Positions 38,216 through 47,008 of a stretch of 64,000 nucleotides of DNA are shown here, piece after piece. The translations under genes were made by a program, and so were the position numbers. Every line of letters begins with the position of its first letter. The stretch's first letter is position 1. The notes under the pieces are model-generated. The model was not told where the DNA came from. It did not search any database and saw nothing but the letters and a program-made list of their open reading frames with translations. This DNA comes from an uncultured Gammaproteobacteria bacterium (GTDB lineage Bacteria; Patescibacteriota; Microgenomatia; Levybacterales; UBA12049), in NCBI GenBank assembly GCA_964553245.1, contig CAZKJM010000001.1:16892-80891 (forward strand), given 5' to 3'.

Positions 38216-39088
38216 CATTTCTCCTGGAATGTAAAAAGTCCACTTTTTTTTAAAAATAAAAAAAGGTTTTATAAACTTCATTATTTTATGTATATGTTTG
38301 TATCTACTCAGTGAATTATCAAGTAAATCGAAAAGAAAGACCACAGGATAAGTCTTTGTAAATAAATGGTTTACTCCAAATTTTTTTGCCAGCAGAGTCA
38401 AGCTTTTATGCGAAAAATATTGAATATGTTGTCCTTGCCAATACCACCAATTATGACCAAGTAATTTACTACTAAAAGCATTAACATCTCCTGTCCAAAT
38501 AATAATTAAGCCTCCGGGTTTTAATAATTTACTTATGTACTTCATCTCTATTGAAGGATTTTCGAAATGCTCAATTACCCCAAATAGAGTTACGATATCA
38601 TATCTATTCTTGATTTTTTTTGATAATGTTTTTAAAAGCATTCTGTGTACTTTTATTTTGTTTTTTTTTGCAATCTTTGAAGACCAATTAGATATTTCCA
38701 AGCCTTCTACTTTGTATCCATAACTTCGTGCAACATTTAAGAATTCTCCTGTTGCACATCCTATGTCAAGTATTTTGCCTGATGTAATTTGGCGCTTAAT
38801 TATTGGTAATATTTTTTTTGCTGATTCCCTAATTGACTCAAGATAGTTCAGATACTCTTTATCCTCAACATCTTTATAGTTCCTATACATGTTACGGGGA
38901 AGCGGATTACAAAAAACGTGAGAGCAATTCATGCACATTACCGATCGAAATGTTTTTCCGGAATCAGGCGTTTTAACATATATAAATGATAATTTTTTAA
39001 TATCGATTGTTGATGGGTATAATTCTTTTGTCTCAGTAGATTTACATATCGGACATGAATCTAATTTCATAAATTTATTTCTTGGCAA
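38186..39088 (-). CDS. Class I SAM-dependent methyltransferase with N-terminal Cys4 zinc ribbon
   Basis: CPICKST...CMNCSHVFCNP. ILDIGCATGEF SAM motif I. Confidence 0.7.
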   Translation of the reverse strand: MPRNKFMKLDSCPICKSTETKELYPSTIDIKKLSFIYVKTPDSGKTFRSVMCMNCSHVFCNPLPRNMYRNYKDVEDKEYLNYLESIRESAKKILPIIKRQITSGKILDIGCATGEFLNVARSYGYKVEGLEISNWSSKIAKKNKIKVHRMLLKTLSKKIKNRYDIVTLFGVIEHFENPSIEMKYISKLLKPGGLIIIWTGDVNAFSSKLLGHNWWYWQGQHIQYFSHKSLTLLAKKFGVNHLFTKTYPVVFLFDLLDNSLSRYKHIHKIMKFIKPFFIFKKKWTFYIPGEMLWFGVKSST

Positions 39089-39857
39089 CTAGAAAAATAT
39101 TTGTACCATTATCTTGTTCATCAACATATTTTAAATATTTTCTAACCAGATAATTTCTGACAAAATCTGGTTTAAAAACCATTCTCTTTCCAAAAATTAC
39201 TTTTAGAATTTGCGATGGCCAAGATGTAAGTATAAATAAGTCATAAATCTTGGTTACATTTGGGGAAACGATATTTTCCATTTTTACTATTTTAAATCCG
39301 TTTTTTTCAAAAAGTTTTTTCCATTCATTATTGTTCAATAATATGTGCCTCTTAAAAAAACTGTTATATTTTTTTGTTAAATATTTACTAATAGATTTTA
39401 ATCCGTATTTTTTAAGCATTGGTCTATAAAAAGTATTATTGTCTACCCTATCTGTTTCTATAGATGCAATTATCTTTCCACCTGGTTTTAATACTCGATA
39501 ACACTCTTTTAATAATTTATTAGAATTTTTTATGTGCTCAAGAGTACTGATTGATATAATTGTATAAAATGTATTATCCGCAAACGGCATCTTCCTTGCA
39601 TCGGCTAAAATTAATTTTTTGTATTTATTAGTTTTTCCTGCCATTGATAAGTCTCTTTTACTAATATCTAACCCAATATCGATTTTTTTATCCGTAAAAC
39701 ACTGCATAAATTCGCCAAATCCACAACCTAAATCAATAACAGGAGCTTTTATTTTTTCATTTGCTAAATATTTTGCTTCAACACTTCTCCATATAGCTAC
39801 GCTAAGAGGGGTAATTCTTAAAAACCTACGAAAATATTTTTCTGATTTTGAATTCAT
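39075..39857 (-). CDS. Class I SAM-dependent methyltransferase (Methyltransf_11-like)
   Basis: VIDLGCGFGEF motif I. LKPGGKII motif. Confidence 0.75.
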   Translation of the reverse strand: MNSKSEKYFRRFLRITPLSVAIWRSVEAKYLANEKIKAPVIDLGCGFGEFMQCFTDKKIDIGLDISKRDLSMAGKTNKYKKLILADARKMPFADNTFYTIISISTLEHIKNSNKLLKECYRVLKPGGKIIASIETDRVDNNTFYRPMLKKYGLKSISKYLTKKYNSFFKRHILLNNNEWKKLFEKNGFKIVKMENIVSPNVTKIYDLFILTSWPSQILKVIFGKRMVFKPDFVRNYLVRKYLKYVDEQDNGTNIFLVAKK

Positions 39858-39907
39858 TTAATTTTACAAATTTAAATTCTAACAGATGAAATTAACTGTG
39901 TAAAGAA

Positions 39908-40984
39908 TTACTGAGTATTTTTCCAAAGCTTTAAGTAGATATCTGCAATATCTGTCCATGTTTTATCCATTACCCATTTATATCCATTATCGACCATATT
40001 CTTATACTTAAAATTATTATTCACAACGTCCATTATTCCCCTAGATAATTCTTTTGAATTTTTAAAAATAAGTATAAAGTTTTTAAATGGAGTATTCACT
40101 AAGTAATCTTTTTTAATTCCATTGTTATACAAAGCAAATACAATCTTTTTTGACACTAAAGACTCAAATATGCCTAAGTATCTAGAAACAAAAATAAATT
40201 TATAATTTTTAATTTGCTCGTCTGCATTTGAAATAAAACCCTTAAATTGAATTTTTAACTTATTATTTTTAGCAAAAATTTTCGCTGCTTTTCCTAATGA
40301 ACCATCGCCATAAACATCGAGTGCAATATTTATTTTTTTTGATTTTAATATTTTTATAGCTTTTAGATAATCCATTATTCCTGTTTCTTTTTCCAATCTA
40401 CCAATAAACATTGCTTTATTAAAAGCTACAGATTTATCTTTAATTTTAATGTATTTTACAGCTCCGTATATTATATGATTTGGTTTTGTCCTATACCACT
40501 TTTCATAAAAGTTTCCAACGCAAATATTTCCCTTTGTTAGCTTTTCTGCAAGCTTATGCATAAAAATCGATCTCTTGTTAGGAATTGAGTTTCCTTCATA
40601 TCCGTGAAACGTAACAAAAACCTTTTTATTAGGGTAAATGAATCTAAACGGAAGATACCAATAAAAAATATCGTGACAATGAATAATATCCGCGTCTTTA
40701 ATAATATTTTTAATTTTAAATAATTCTTTCCATGCTTTAAGTTTTTCTAACTTATTTACCTTACCGTTGTTTATATAAATTATTCTTATTTTATCGATTT
40801 CTCCCGTCATCTTATCACTTAAAAGCATTGATTGATAATCCGTGTTTTGAGAAAAACTCTCTTTTGAAGTAATTACAGTAATACTATGACCTTTTTTAAT
40901 AAGTTCTTTTCCTAATTCCAAACAATGTTTCTCTACTCCACCAATATGGGGGTAAAAATACCTACACAAAAAAATAATTTTCAT
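39908..40984 (-). CDS. Glycosyltransferase family 4 (GT-B)
   Basis: MKIIFLCRYFYPHIGGVEKHCLELGKELIKKGHSITVIT is a GT4 N-terminal signature. 358 aa. Confidence 0.8.
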   Translation of the reverse strand: MKIIFLCRYFYPHIGGVEKHCLELGKELIKKGHSITVITSKESFSQNTDYQSMLLSDKMTGEIDKIRIIYINNGKVNKLEKLKAWKELFKIKNIIKDADIIHCHDIFYWYLPFRFIYPNKKVFVTFHGYEGNSIPNKRSIFMHKLAEKLTKGNICVGNFYEKWYRTKPNHIIYGAVKYIKIKDKSVAFNKAMFIGRLEKETGIMDYLKAIKILKSKKINIALDVYGDGSLGKAAKIFAKNNKLKIQFKGFISNADEQIKNYKFIFVSRYLGIFESLVSKKIVFALYNNGIKKDYLVNTPFKNFILIFKNSKELSRGIMDVVNNNFKYKNMVDNGYKWVMDKTWTDIADIYLKLWKNTQ

Positions 40985-41709
40985 TTCTTCCTAGCAACAA
41001 TAATAAAATTAGATTCACCGAATAGATAAACAAGCAAATTGTCTATTAATGTTAAGGAATCTGAGAAAATAAATTTTATAAATTTTATACCTTTTCCTGC
41101 GACACTATTAGTAAATAGAAAATTTCGAAGTATCCCTTCAACCTTTTTTACTTCTATAATATTAAAACCATTCCTTTCTATTTTATTACATAATTCATCG
41201 ATCGAATATCGTCTTAAATGACCAACCTTTTTATCGAATTTTTTTAATAGGCCCATTCTATAAAGCGGTGCACTTTTGGATGGAGCAGACAAAAACAGTA
41301 AACCATTTTTATCTAACATTTTTTTTATTTTTTTCAGAACATATTCATCTTTTTTTAAATGCTCTATCACCTCTGTTAATAAAATTAAATTATATCTACC
41401 AGCAATGTATTGTTTGGGAAAATCAATAACACGAAAATTTACATATTCACTTAGGTTTAAATATCTTGCAGTTGATGAGCTAGCCCTAATTGCATTTATT
41501 GATATATCTACTCCCAAGACCTTAATGCCTTTACTTCCTAAATATAAACTCAATGTTCCCGCCCCACATCCTATATCCAATGCGGTGGCAATACTTGCAA
41601 TATATTTATCTAAAACTTCCAAAATTAATCGATATGTAAAATCTTTTTTATTTATTATTTTCTTTTGAACCGATGTGTATTTATGAAAAAGGTTATAATT
41701 TATTTCCAT
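40981..41709 (-). CDS. Class I SAM-dependent methyltransferase
   Basis: ALDIGCGAGTLS motif I. LKKDGLLFLSAP-like motif. Confidence 0.75.
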   Translation of the reverse strand: MEINYNLFHKYTSVQKKIINKKDFTYRLILEVLDKYIASIATALDIGCGAGTLSLYLGSKGIKVLGVDISINAIRASSSTARYLNLSEYVNFRVIDFPKQYIAGRYNLILLTEVIEHLKKDEYVLKKIKKMLDKNGLLFLSAPSKSAPLYRMGLLKKFDKKVGHLRRYSIDELCNKIERNGFNIIEVKKVEGILRNFLFTNSVAGKGIKFIKFIFSDSLTLIDNLLVYLFGESNFIIVARKK

Positions 41710-41719
41710 TCGCTTAAGT

Positions 41720-41748
41720 ATTTTACCACTGTGTATATTTATTCACAA
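41720..41748 (-). promoter_or_regulatory. Minus-strand promoter TTGTGA-N17-TAAAAT, 10 nt upstream of the ATG of the methyltransferase/GT4 operon (near-leaderless)
   Basis: The reverse complement of 41743-41748 is TTGTGA. The reverse complement of 41720-41725 is TAAAAT. Confidence 0.35.
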
Positions 41749-41835
41749 ACGAATTATTCATAGTTGAATTATGTTGTAAATTTTTTAGATTTTCTATCTT
41801 GACAAAGATATTAAAAGTATACTTATATTAAAATT

Positions 41836-43644
41836 GTGAATAAAAAATTATTATTACGATCAATGTTAGTAACTTTAATCGGTATACTATACTTTATTAA
41901 TCCAAATACCGTTCATGGAACAACAACTATATTTAAAGACGACTTCGAAAATGGAAATATTAATCAATGGACAAGCGTAAGGGGTCCAGCTAATTTATGG
42001 CAAATAAAACAAATAAATGGAACTAACATGCTTGGAGCAAGAATTGAGAATGGTAGCACCATCATTGATAGCATCGCCAAATCAACTCAAATTGCAACAT
42101 CAAGCTATGTATTAGAGTTTGATTACTTAACAATTACTGGAATTGATAATAGCTTAGATTCTCGATGGACATATAATTTAACTGAGGACTATTATGACGT
42201 AAAGGAAGTTCATTATCTTGGAGAAAATAATGTCTGGACAAATTTCGGATGCGTAAATTTTATAAACTCATCTACGCTGAAATATAATTTTTTAAACCAC
42301 ATTAAAATCATTTACGAAAACCAACGCATGCAATTTTATTTAAATAACATAAAAATAATTGATTATAATGATACGAATTATTTATTTCCAGGGAATGAGT
42401 ACATAGGTATAAGAATAAGTACTGGAGCAAGTTATCCAAAAGAAGCATGGTTTGATAATATTTTAGTAACAAGCCTAGAAGACGAACCAGGTTTAGATAT
42501 TCCATTATTAAAGCAAACTGATCCCCTTTGGAAAGATGAAGTTTATGATACTGCTATGAATTGGTCTCCAAGCGATCCAACTATAAATTCCTGGGGTTGT
42601 GCAATGACCTCTGCTGCAATGATCTTGAACTATCATAAAATCGTAAATCTACCCAATGGAGAAATGTTAAATCCAAAAACACTTAACGAATGGCTTAAAA
42701 ACCAACCTGATGGATACATAGGTAATGGGCTAACCAATTGGTTAGCCATATCAAGATTATCAAAACTTGCAAAAGAAAGCGGGAATAACCAAAGTTTTAA
42801 TTACGATTCTCTGGAATATATACGCAACAAGGGAGAAGATAGGCAGCTGTTAACAGATGACCTTAAAAATCTACACCCAGATATCCTTGAGCAACAAGGT
42901 CATTTTGTCGTCGCAACCGGCATATCTGGAGAAACTTTTCTAATAAATGATCCCTATTTCAACAGAACAACATTAAATGATGGATACAATAATACATTTT
43001 TATCTCTCGGAAGATATATTCCATCCAATAGCGACCTTTCTTATTTTATGTTTACGACTAAACCCGATGTTAATATTGAATTGAAAGATGTAAACGGAAA
43101 CATTGTAGAATCTGAATTTTCTGAAGAACAAATCATTAATCATGATAATCAAACAAACGGAGAAAAGATAAAAATAGTTTATTTTCCGAAACCGGAATCT
43201 GGTAAATACAAACTAATTTTTAGCTCGAAACTCAGCAGCCTTAGAACGTTTAAATCGTATGTTTATGATTTAAACGGAAATGTTAAAATACAGGAATCCG
43301 ATAAAGCCCTAATCAATTCATTGCCAACGATATTTAATGTTAACTTTGACAAAAATAATCTAAATTATTATAAACTAGAGAAAACAGTTAGTTTTGAGAG
43401 TACGATCAGAGACATTGAATATTTCATCAAAACTGGATCTATAAAAAATAAAGATTTCGGAAATGCCCTCATAACCTTGGTTAAAAATACAAAGAAATAT
43501 ACTAATAGGAATATGATAAAAATTGCAAAAATAAATTTAAACCAAGCAAAAAAATTAATTTCAACTACAAAAGGTATATTAATAAATAAAGATGCTTACG
43601 AGACTATAAACTACGATTTAGATTATCTTCTAAAAAATTTATAA
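41836..43644 (+). CDS. Secreted multidomain protein: signal peptide, concanavalin/LamG-like jelly-roll domain, C39-like papain-fold cysteine peptidase domain, ~200-aa C-terminal region of unknown function
   Basis: MNKKLLLRSMLVTLIGILYFINPNTVHG signal peptide. FKDDFENGNINQWTSVRGP...W lectin-fold start. WSPSDPTINSWGCAMTSAAMILNYHKI (catalytic Cys context of Peptidase_C39_2) and QGHFVVATGISGETFLINDPY (His/Asp). GTG start at 41836. Confidence 0.6.
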   Translation: MNKKLLLRSMLVTLIGILYFINPNTVHGTTTIFKDDFENGNINQWTSVRGPANLWQIKQINGTNMLGARIENGSTIIDSIAKSTQIATSSYVLEFDYLTITGIDNSLDSRWTYNLTEDYYDVKEVHYLGENNVWTNFGCVNFINSSTLKYNFLNHIKIIYENQRMQFYLNNIKIIDYNDTNYLFPGNEYIGIRISTGASYPKEAWFDNILVTSLEDEPGLDIPLLKQTDPLWKDEVYDTAMNWSPSDPTINSWGCAMTSAAMILNYHKIVNLPNGEMLNPKTLNEWLKNQPDGYIGNGLTNWLAISRLSKLAKESGNNQSFNYDSLEYIRNKGEDRQLLTDDLKNLHPDILEQQGHFVVATGISGETFLINDPYFNRTTLNDGYNNTFLSLGRYIPSNSDLSYFMFTTKPDVNIELKDVNGNIVESEFSEEQIINHDNQTNGEKIKIVYFPKPESGKYKLIFSSKLSSLRTFKSYVYDLNGNVKIQESDKALINSLPTIFNVNFDKNNLNYYKLEKTVSFESTIRDIEYFIKTGSIKNKDFGNALITLVKNTKKYTNRNMIKIAKINLNQAKKLISTTKGILINKDAYETINYDLDYLLKNL

Positions 43645-43655
43645 ATTATTGGCTG

Positions 43656-43729
43656 TGGACTTGAGAGGATTCGAACCTCTGACCTCTTCGATGTGAACGA
43701 AGCGCTCTAACCAACTGAGCCACAAGTCC
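43656..43729 (-). tRNA. tRNA-Val(CAC): tRNA-Val, anticodon CAC, no encoded CCA
   Basis: Reverse complement folds as GGACTTG-TG-GCTC-AGTTGGTTA-GAGC-G-CTTCG-TTCACAT-CGAAG-AGGTC-AGAGG-TTCGAAT-CCTCT-CAAGTCC-A. Confidence 0.8.
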
Positions 43730-43739
43730 ATATTCTAGA

Positions 43740-43768
43740 ATCTTACCACAATTTAGCCTCATTGACAA
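43740..43768 (-). promoter_or_regulatory. Minus-strand promoter TTGTCA-N17-TAAGAT for tRNA-Val; overlaps the 5' end of the divergent lepB ORF
   Basis: The reverse complement of 43763-43768 is TTGTCA. The reverse complement of 43740-43745 is TAAGAT. tRNA 5' end at 43729. Confidence 0.4.
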
Positions 43769-44361
43769 AATTAAATAAATTTAAGACAATCATATATGTG
43801 TTAAATATTTTACGAAAAATTTATTCCTTCTTTTTAGATACAATTCAGACATTTTTGCTTGCAGCTGCTGTATTTTTAATTATCTATGCGTTTTTATTTA
43901 GACCATTCGAAGTCAAAGGAGATTCAATGTATCCTAATTTTAAGGACAAACAATATACACTTACCAACCTTATTAGCTTAAAGTTTTCCGACCCAAAAAG
44001 AGGTGATGTGATCGTTTTTAAAGCACCGAACGATACAGAAAAAGATTACATTAAAAGAATAATCGGTGTTCCTGGCGACGTAGTTTCGGTTAAAGACGGT
44101 AATATTTACCTTAATAAAACCCTAATGGATCAAAGCTCATTTTTAAAGCCCGATATTAAAACATATGGCGGAAGTTTTATGAAAGAAGGGGAAGAATATA
44201 TTGTTCCCCAAGGTTATTTTTTAACGATGGGTGACAATAGACCATACAGCTCGGACTCACGTGAATGGGGATATGTAGAAAAATCAAAGATCATTGGAAT
44301 CGCAATATTTGTTTATTGGCCAATAGGGGAAATAAAAGTAATACAAAATCCACTTAAATAA
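43762..44361 (+). CDS. lepB: Signal peptidase I (start uncertain: TTG at 43762 or GTG at 43798)
   Basis: KGDSMYPNF (catalytic Ser box). RGDVIVFKAP. GDNRPYSSDSREWGYV (box E). Confidence 0.85.
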   Translation: MTKLNKFKTIIYVLNILRKIYSFFLDTIQTFLLAAAVFLIIYAFLFRPFEVKGDSMYPNFKDKQYTLTNLISLKFSDPKRGDVIVFKAPNDTEKDYIKRIIGVPGDVVSVKDGNIYLNKTLMDQSSFLKPDIKTYGGSFMKEGEEYIVPQGYFLTMGDNRPYSSDSREWGYVEKSKIIGIAIFVYWPIGEIKVIQNPLK

Positions 44362-45189
44362 TTATTTAGAGAGCATTTCGTAGATTTCTTTAATTTTTAC
44401 AGTTGTTAATTCCGCATCGCCCTTAATAACCATTGTTATTTTCGCCTGTGTTCCTGATTGATGAATTGCAACTTTATTAAATTTATATTTTTCCTCAAGT
44501 TTTTTTGCCATATCATCCAATTCCGGTATGTAAAGCCTATCAAGCTTTGCCCTTGGTTCCTTTTTTTGGACTTCCGCCTTTATTTGCCTTGCCAAATCTT
44601 CCGTTTGCCTTACAGTACTGTTTTCTCTTAAGATTTTTTTGAATAATTCAAGCATTAACTTAGGATCACCAAGAGACAAAAGCGGTCTTACGTGTCCTTC
44701 TGTAATTACACCTGCTACCAAAGCATCCTTAATTGCGTCCGGTAAGGATAATAATCTTATTGTATTTGAAACTGTTGGTGCACTTTTACCTACCTTTTTT
44801 GCAACTTCGTTTGTTCCCAATCCAAATTCATCTATTAATCTTTTGTACGCCAGTGCTTTTTCTATCGGGTTAAGATCTTCTCTCTGAACATTTTCGACAA
44901 TAGACATCTCTAGCATTCCCTGAGGAGAAGTTTCTTTAATAATTACCGGAACCTTAATCAATCCCAATACTTTAGCAGCTCTCCATCTTCTCTCTCCTGC
45001 AATTATTTGATATCCTGCCGGTGTTTTAGCAACCACTAACGGCTCTAATATACCCTGTTCTCTTATTGAATCTACTAATTCCTGTAATGATTCTGGAACA
45101 ATAATTCCACGTGGCTGCAGAGGATTTGCCTGAAGCATATTTGTTTCAAGCTCATGTATTTTACCATCAGTTTTATCCATTTTATACAA
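44362..45189 (-). CDS. parB: Chromosome partitioning protein ParB/Spo0J (no adjacent parA)
   Basis: ParB box [41 protein letters not shown]. Confidence 0.85.
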   Translation of the reverse strand: MYKMDKTDGKIHELETNMLQANPLQPRGIIVPESLQELVDSIREQGILEPLVVAKTPAGYQIIAGERRWRAAKVLGLIKVPVIIKETSPQGMLEMSIVENVQREDLNPIEKALAYKRLIDEFGLGTNEVAKKVGKSAPTVSNTIRLLSLPDAIKDALVAGVITEGHVRPLLSLGDPKLMLELFKKILRENSTVRQTEDLARQIKAEVQKKEPRAKLDRLYIPELDDMAKKLEEKYKFNKVAIHQSGTQAKITMVIKGDAELTTVKIKEIYEMLSK

Positions 45190-45427
45190 CTTCTATATAT
45201 TTTTTACCTTTTAAGGTCTTAAATTTTACTAATCCGTCTATTAAAGAAAATATCGTATAGTCTTTGCCCATAGAAACACCTTTTCCGGGATGGAATTTAG
45301 TTCCCTTTTGTCTTGCAATAATGTTTCCTGCAAAAACCTTTTGACCATCATATAACTTTACGCCTAAGCGCTTTGCTATTGAATCCCTATTCCCTTTTAC
45401 TGATCCTTGTGCTTTTGTATGTGCCAT
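45182..45427 (-). CDS. rpmA: 50S ribosomal protein L27 (no Prp-cleaved N-terminal extension)
   Basis: [24 protein letters not shown]. Confidence 0.93.
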   Translation of the reverse strand: MAHTKAQGSVKGNRDSIAKRLGVKLYDGQKVFAGNIIARQKGTKFHPGKGVSMGKDYTIFSLIDGLVKFKTLKGKKYIEVV

Positions 45428-45497
45428 TTTTTCTTTTGTGAAAACTACATCACATTTTAACGTTTTTTTTCACGGAATGTCAATATGTCAAACTGGG

Positions 45498-45899
45498 TTA
45501 TTTTTTGGTTTTTACCTTATCGGCTTTCGTTTTTTGTGAAGTAATTTTTTTTGGTTTTTGCTTAACAATCGATAGATTAATGTCTTTTTTATCACCGATT
45601 TTTTCAATTTGCACCTTTGTCAAACTCGACCTAAAACCTGTTCTTCTTCTATATCTAACTTTTGCTTTGTATTTAGAGACGTAAATTTTATCACCTTTAA
45701 TCTGCTCAATTATTTTTCCTTCTACGTTTTCTTTTAAAAAAGGTTTTCCCAACTTTACTCCGGAAGCATCGGATAAAAGCAATACTTCTTCAAATATTAC
45801 TTTTTTATCCTTTTCTCCCAAAAGTTTATCTACCTCTATAATATCTCCTTCGGAAATTCTATATTGTTTTCCACCGGTTCTTATAACTGCGTATTTCAT
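45498..45899 (-). CDS. rplU: 50S ribosomal protein L21 with ~35-aa Lys-rich C-terminal extension
   Basis: MKYAVIRTGGKQYRISEGDIIEVDKL. Confidence 0.9.
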   Translation of the reverse strand: MKYAVIRTGGKQYRISEGDIIEVDKLLGEKDKKVIFEEVLLLSDASGVKLGKPFLKENVEGKIIEQIKGDKIYVSKYKAKVRYRRRTGFRSSLTKVQIEKIGDKKDINLSIVKQKPKKITSQKTKADKVKTKK

Positions 45900-45925
45900 A
45901 ACAAATGTAAATTATATCAGATTTA

Positions 45926-47008
45926 TCAGCTAATTTCTAGAACATTATCCTCTTTTATAGATCGACTAATAGAAACTAAAAGCCCAAGCATAATAAAGTT
46001 AGATAACATTGAGCTTCCACCGTATGATACAAATGGCAATGTTACTCCTACAATCGGCAAGATTCCAACATTCATTCCAACATTTATAAAAAACTGCATT
46101 AATAAAATAAAAAAACAAATCGCAGAATAGAATTTACTAAATTGATCATTTGAATTAAGGGAAATTTTAATAATTCTATAAAATAAAAAAATAAAACAGA
46201 CAACTATCAAAAACGAACCGACAAAGCCCGTTTGTTCGGAAATTGTTGCAAATATAAAATCCGTATGACGCTCCGGTAAAAAACGTAATTCAGATTGCGA
46301 ACCCTGACCCAGGCCCTTGCCAAGAAACATTCCTGATCCAACGGCAATCATTGATTGAATTGCGTTGTAGGACTTACCTAATGGATCTCTTGACGGATCA
46401 AGAAAAGTTAGCACTCTGTATTTTTGATAATCATGCAAAAAATTCCATGCAATTGGAGCTGTTAAAACAACAATTAAAATTAATACTGTAAAGTAATACC
46501 AAGAAAAACCTGCAAAAATCAACGTAAATATTGTCACAAAAACGTAAATTAGCGCATCTCCTAAATCGGGTTGAATAAATATCAAAAAAGCAATCGGAGC
46601 CATTAAAAATAGTATTTTTGCAAAATTTTTTATATTTCTCTTGCTATTTCCTGATAAGTATCCTGCAAGCGAAATTCCCAAGAAAGGTTTAAGAATCTCT
46701 GAGAATTGGAATCTAAAACCAAATATTTCTACCCATCTTAATGATCCCCTGGTCTCTACTCCAATTATTAAAACCACTACCAATAATATCAAAGAAATAA
46801 CGTAAATTGGCGCTCCGTATAATTTTGGAATCTTATAATGAACCTGTGAAAAAAGAAAAAACACGACAAGTCCTACAAAAACAAAAAGAAGTTCGTTTTT
46901 AAATAAATTTATATTTAAAGAAAAAAGCGTAACCAAATTTATTAAAATTAAAATTATGCATGGTATAAAAAGCCCCCAATCAATATAAAATAATCCTCTC
47001 TTAGACAT
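45926..47008 (-). CDS. SEDS family peptidoglycan glycosyltransferase (RodA/FtsW-like)
   Basis: 360 aa, 10 TM. FTS/ROD motifs PERHTDFIFA...VGVTLPFVSYGGSSML. Confidence 0.8.
   Translation of the reverse strand: MSKRGLFYIDWGLFIPCIILILINLVTLFSLNINLFKNELLFVFVGLVVFFLFSQVHYKIPKLYGAPIYVISLILLVVVLIIGVETRGSLRWVEIFGFRFQFSEILKPFLGISLAGYLSGNSKRNIKNFAKILFLMAPIAFLIFIQPDLGDALIYVFVTIFTLIFAGFSWYYFTVLILIVVLTAPIAWNFLHDYQKYRVLTFLDPSRDPLGKSYNAIQSMIAVGSGMFLGKGLGQGSQSELRFLPERHTDFIFATISEQTGFVGSFLIVVCFIFLFYRIIKISLNSNDQFSKFYSAICFFILLMQFFINVGMNVGILPIVGVTLPFVSYGGSSMLSNFIMLGLLVSISRSIKEDNVLEIS

Noticed and set aside
15013-43729. Integrative mobile element (integrase/att sites) responsible for the tRNA-flanked island
   Set aside because: No integrase, recombinase or transposase ORF is present in any frame. 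No duplicated tRNA 3' segment was spotted at the far boundary. The island is therefore described only as tRNA-bounded accessory DNA.
45864-46130. 88-aa plus-strand ORF overlapping the RodA/FtsW-like gene
   Set aside because: It is antisense to a conserved SEDS protein. There is no promoter/RBS context and the composition is low-complexity.
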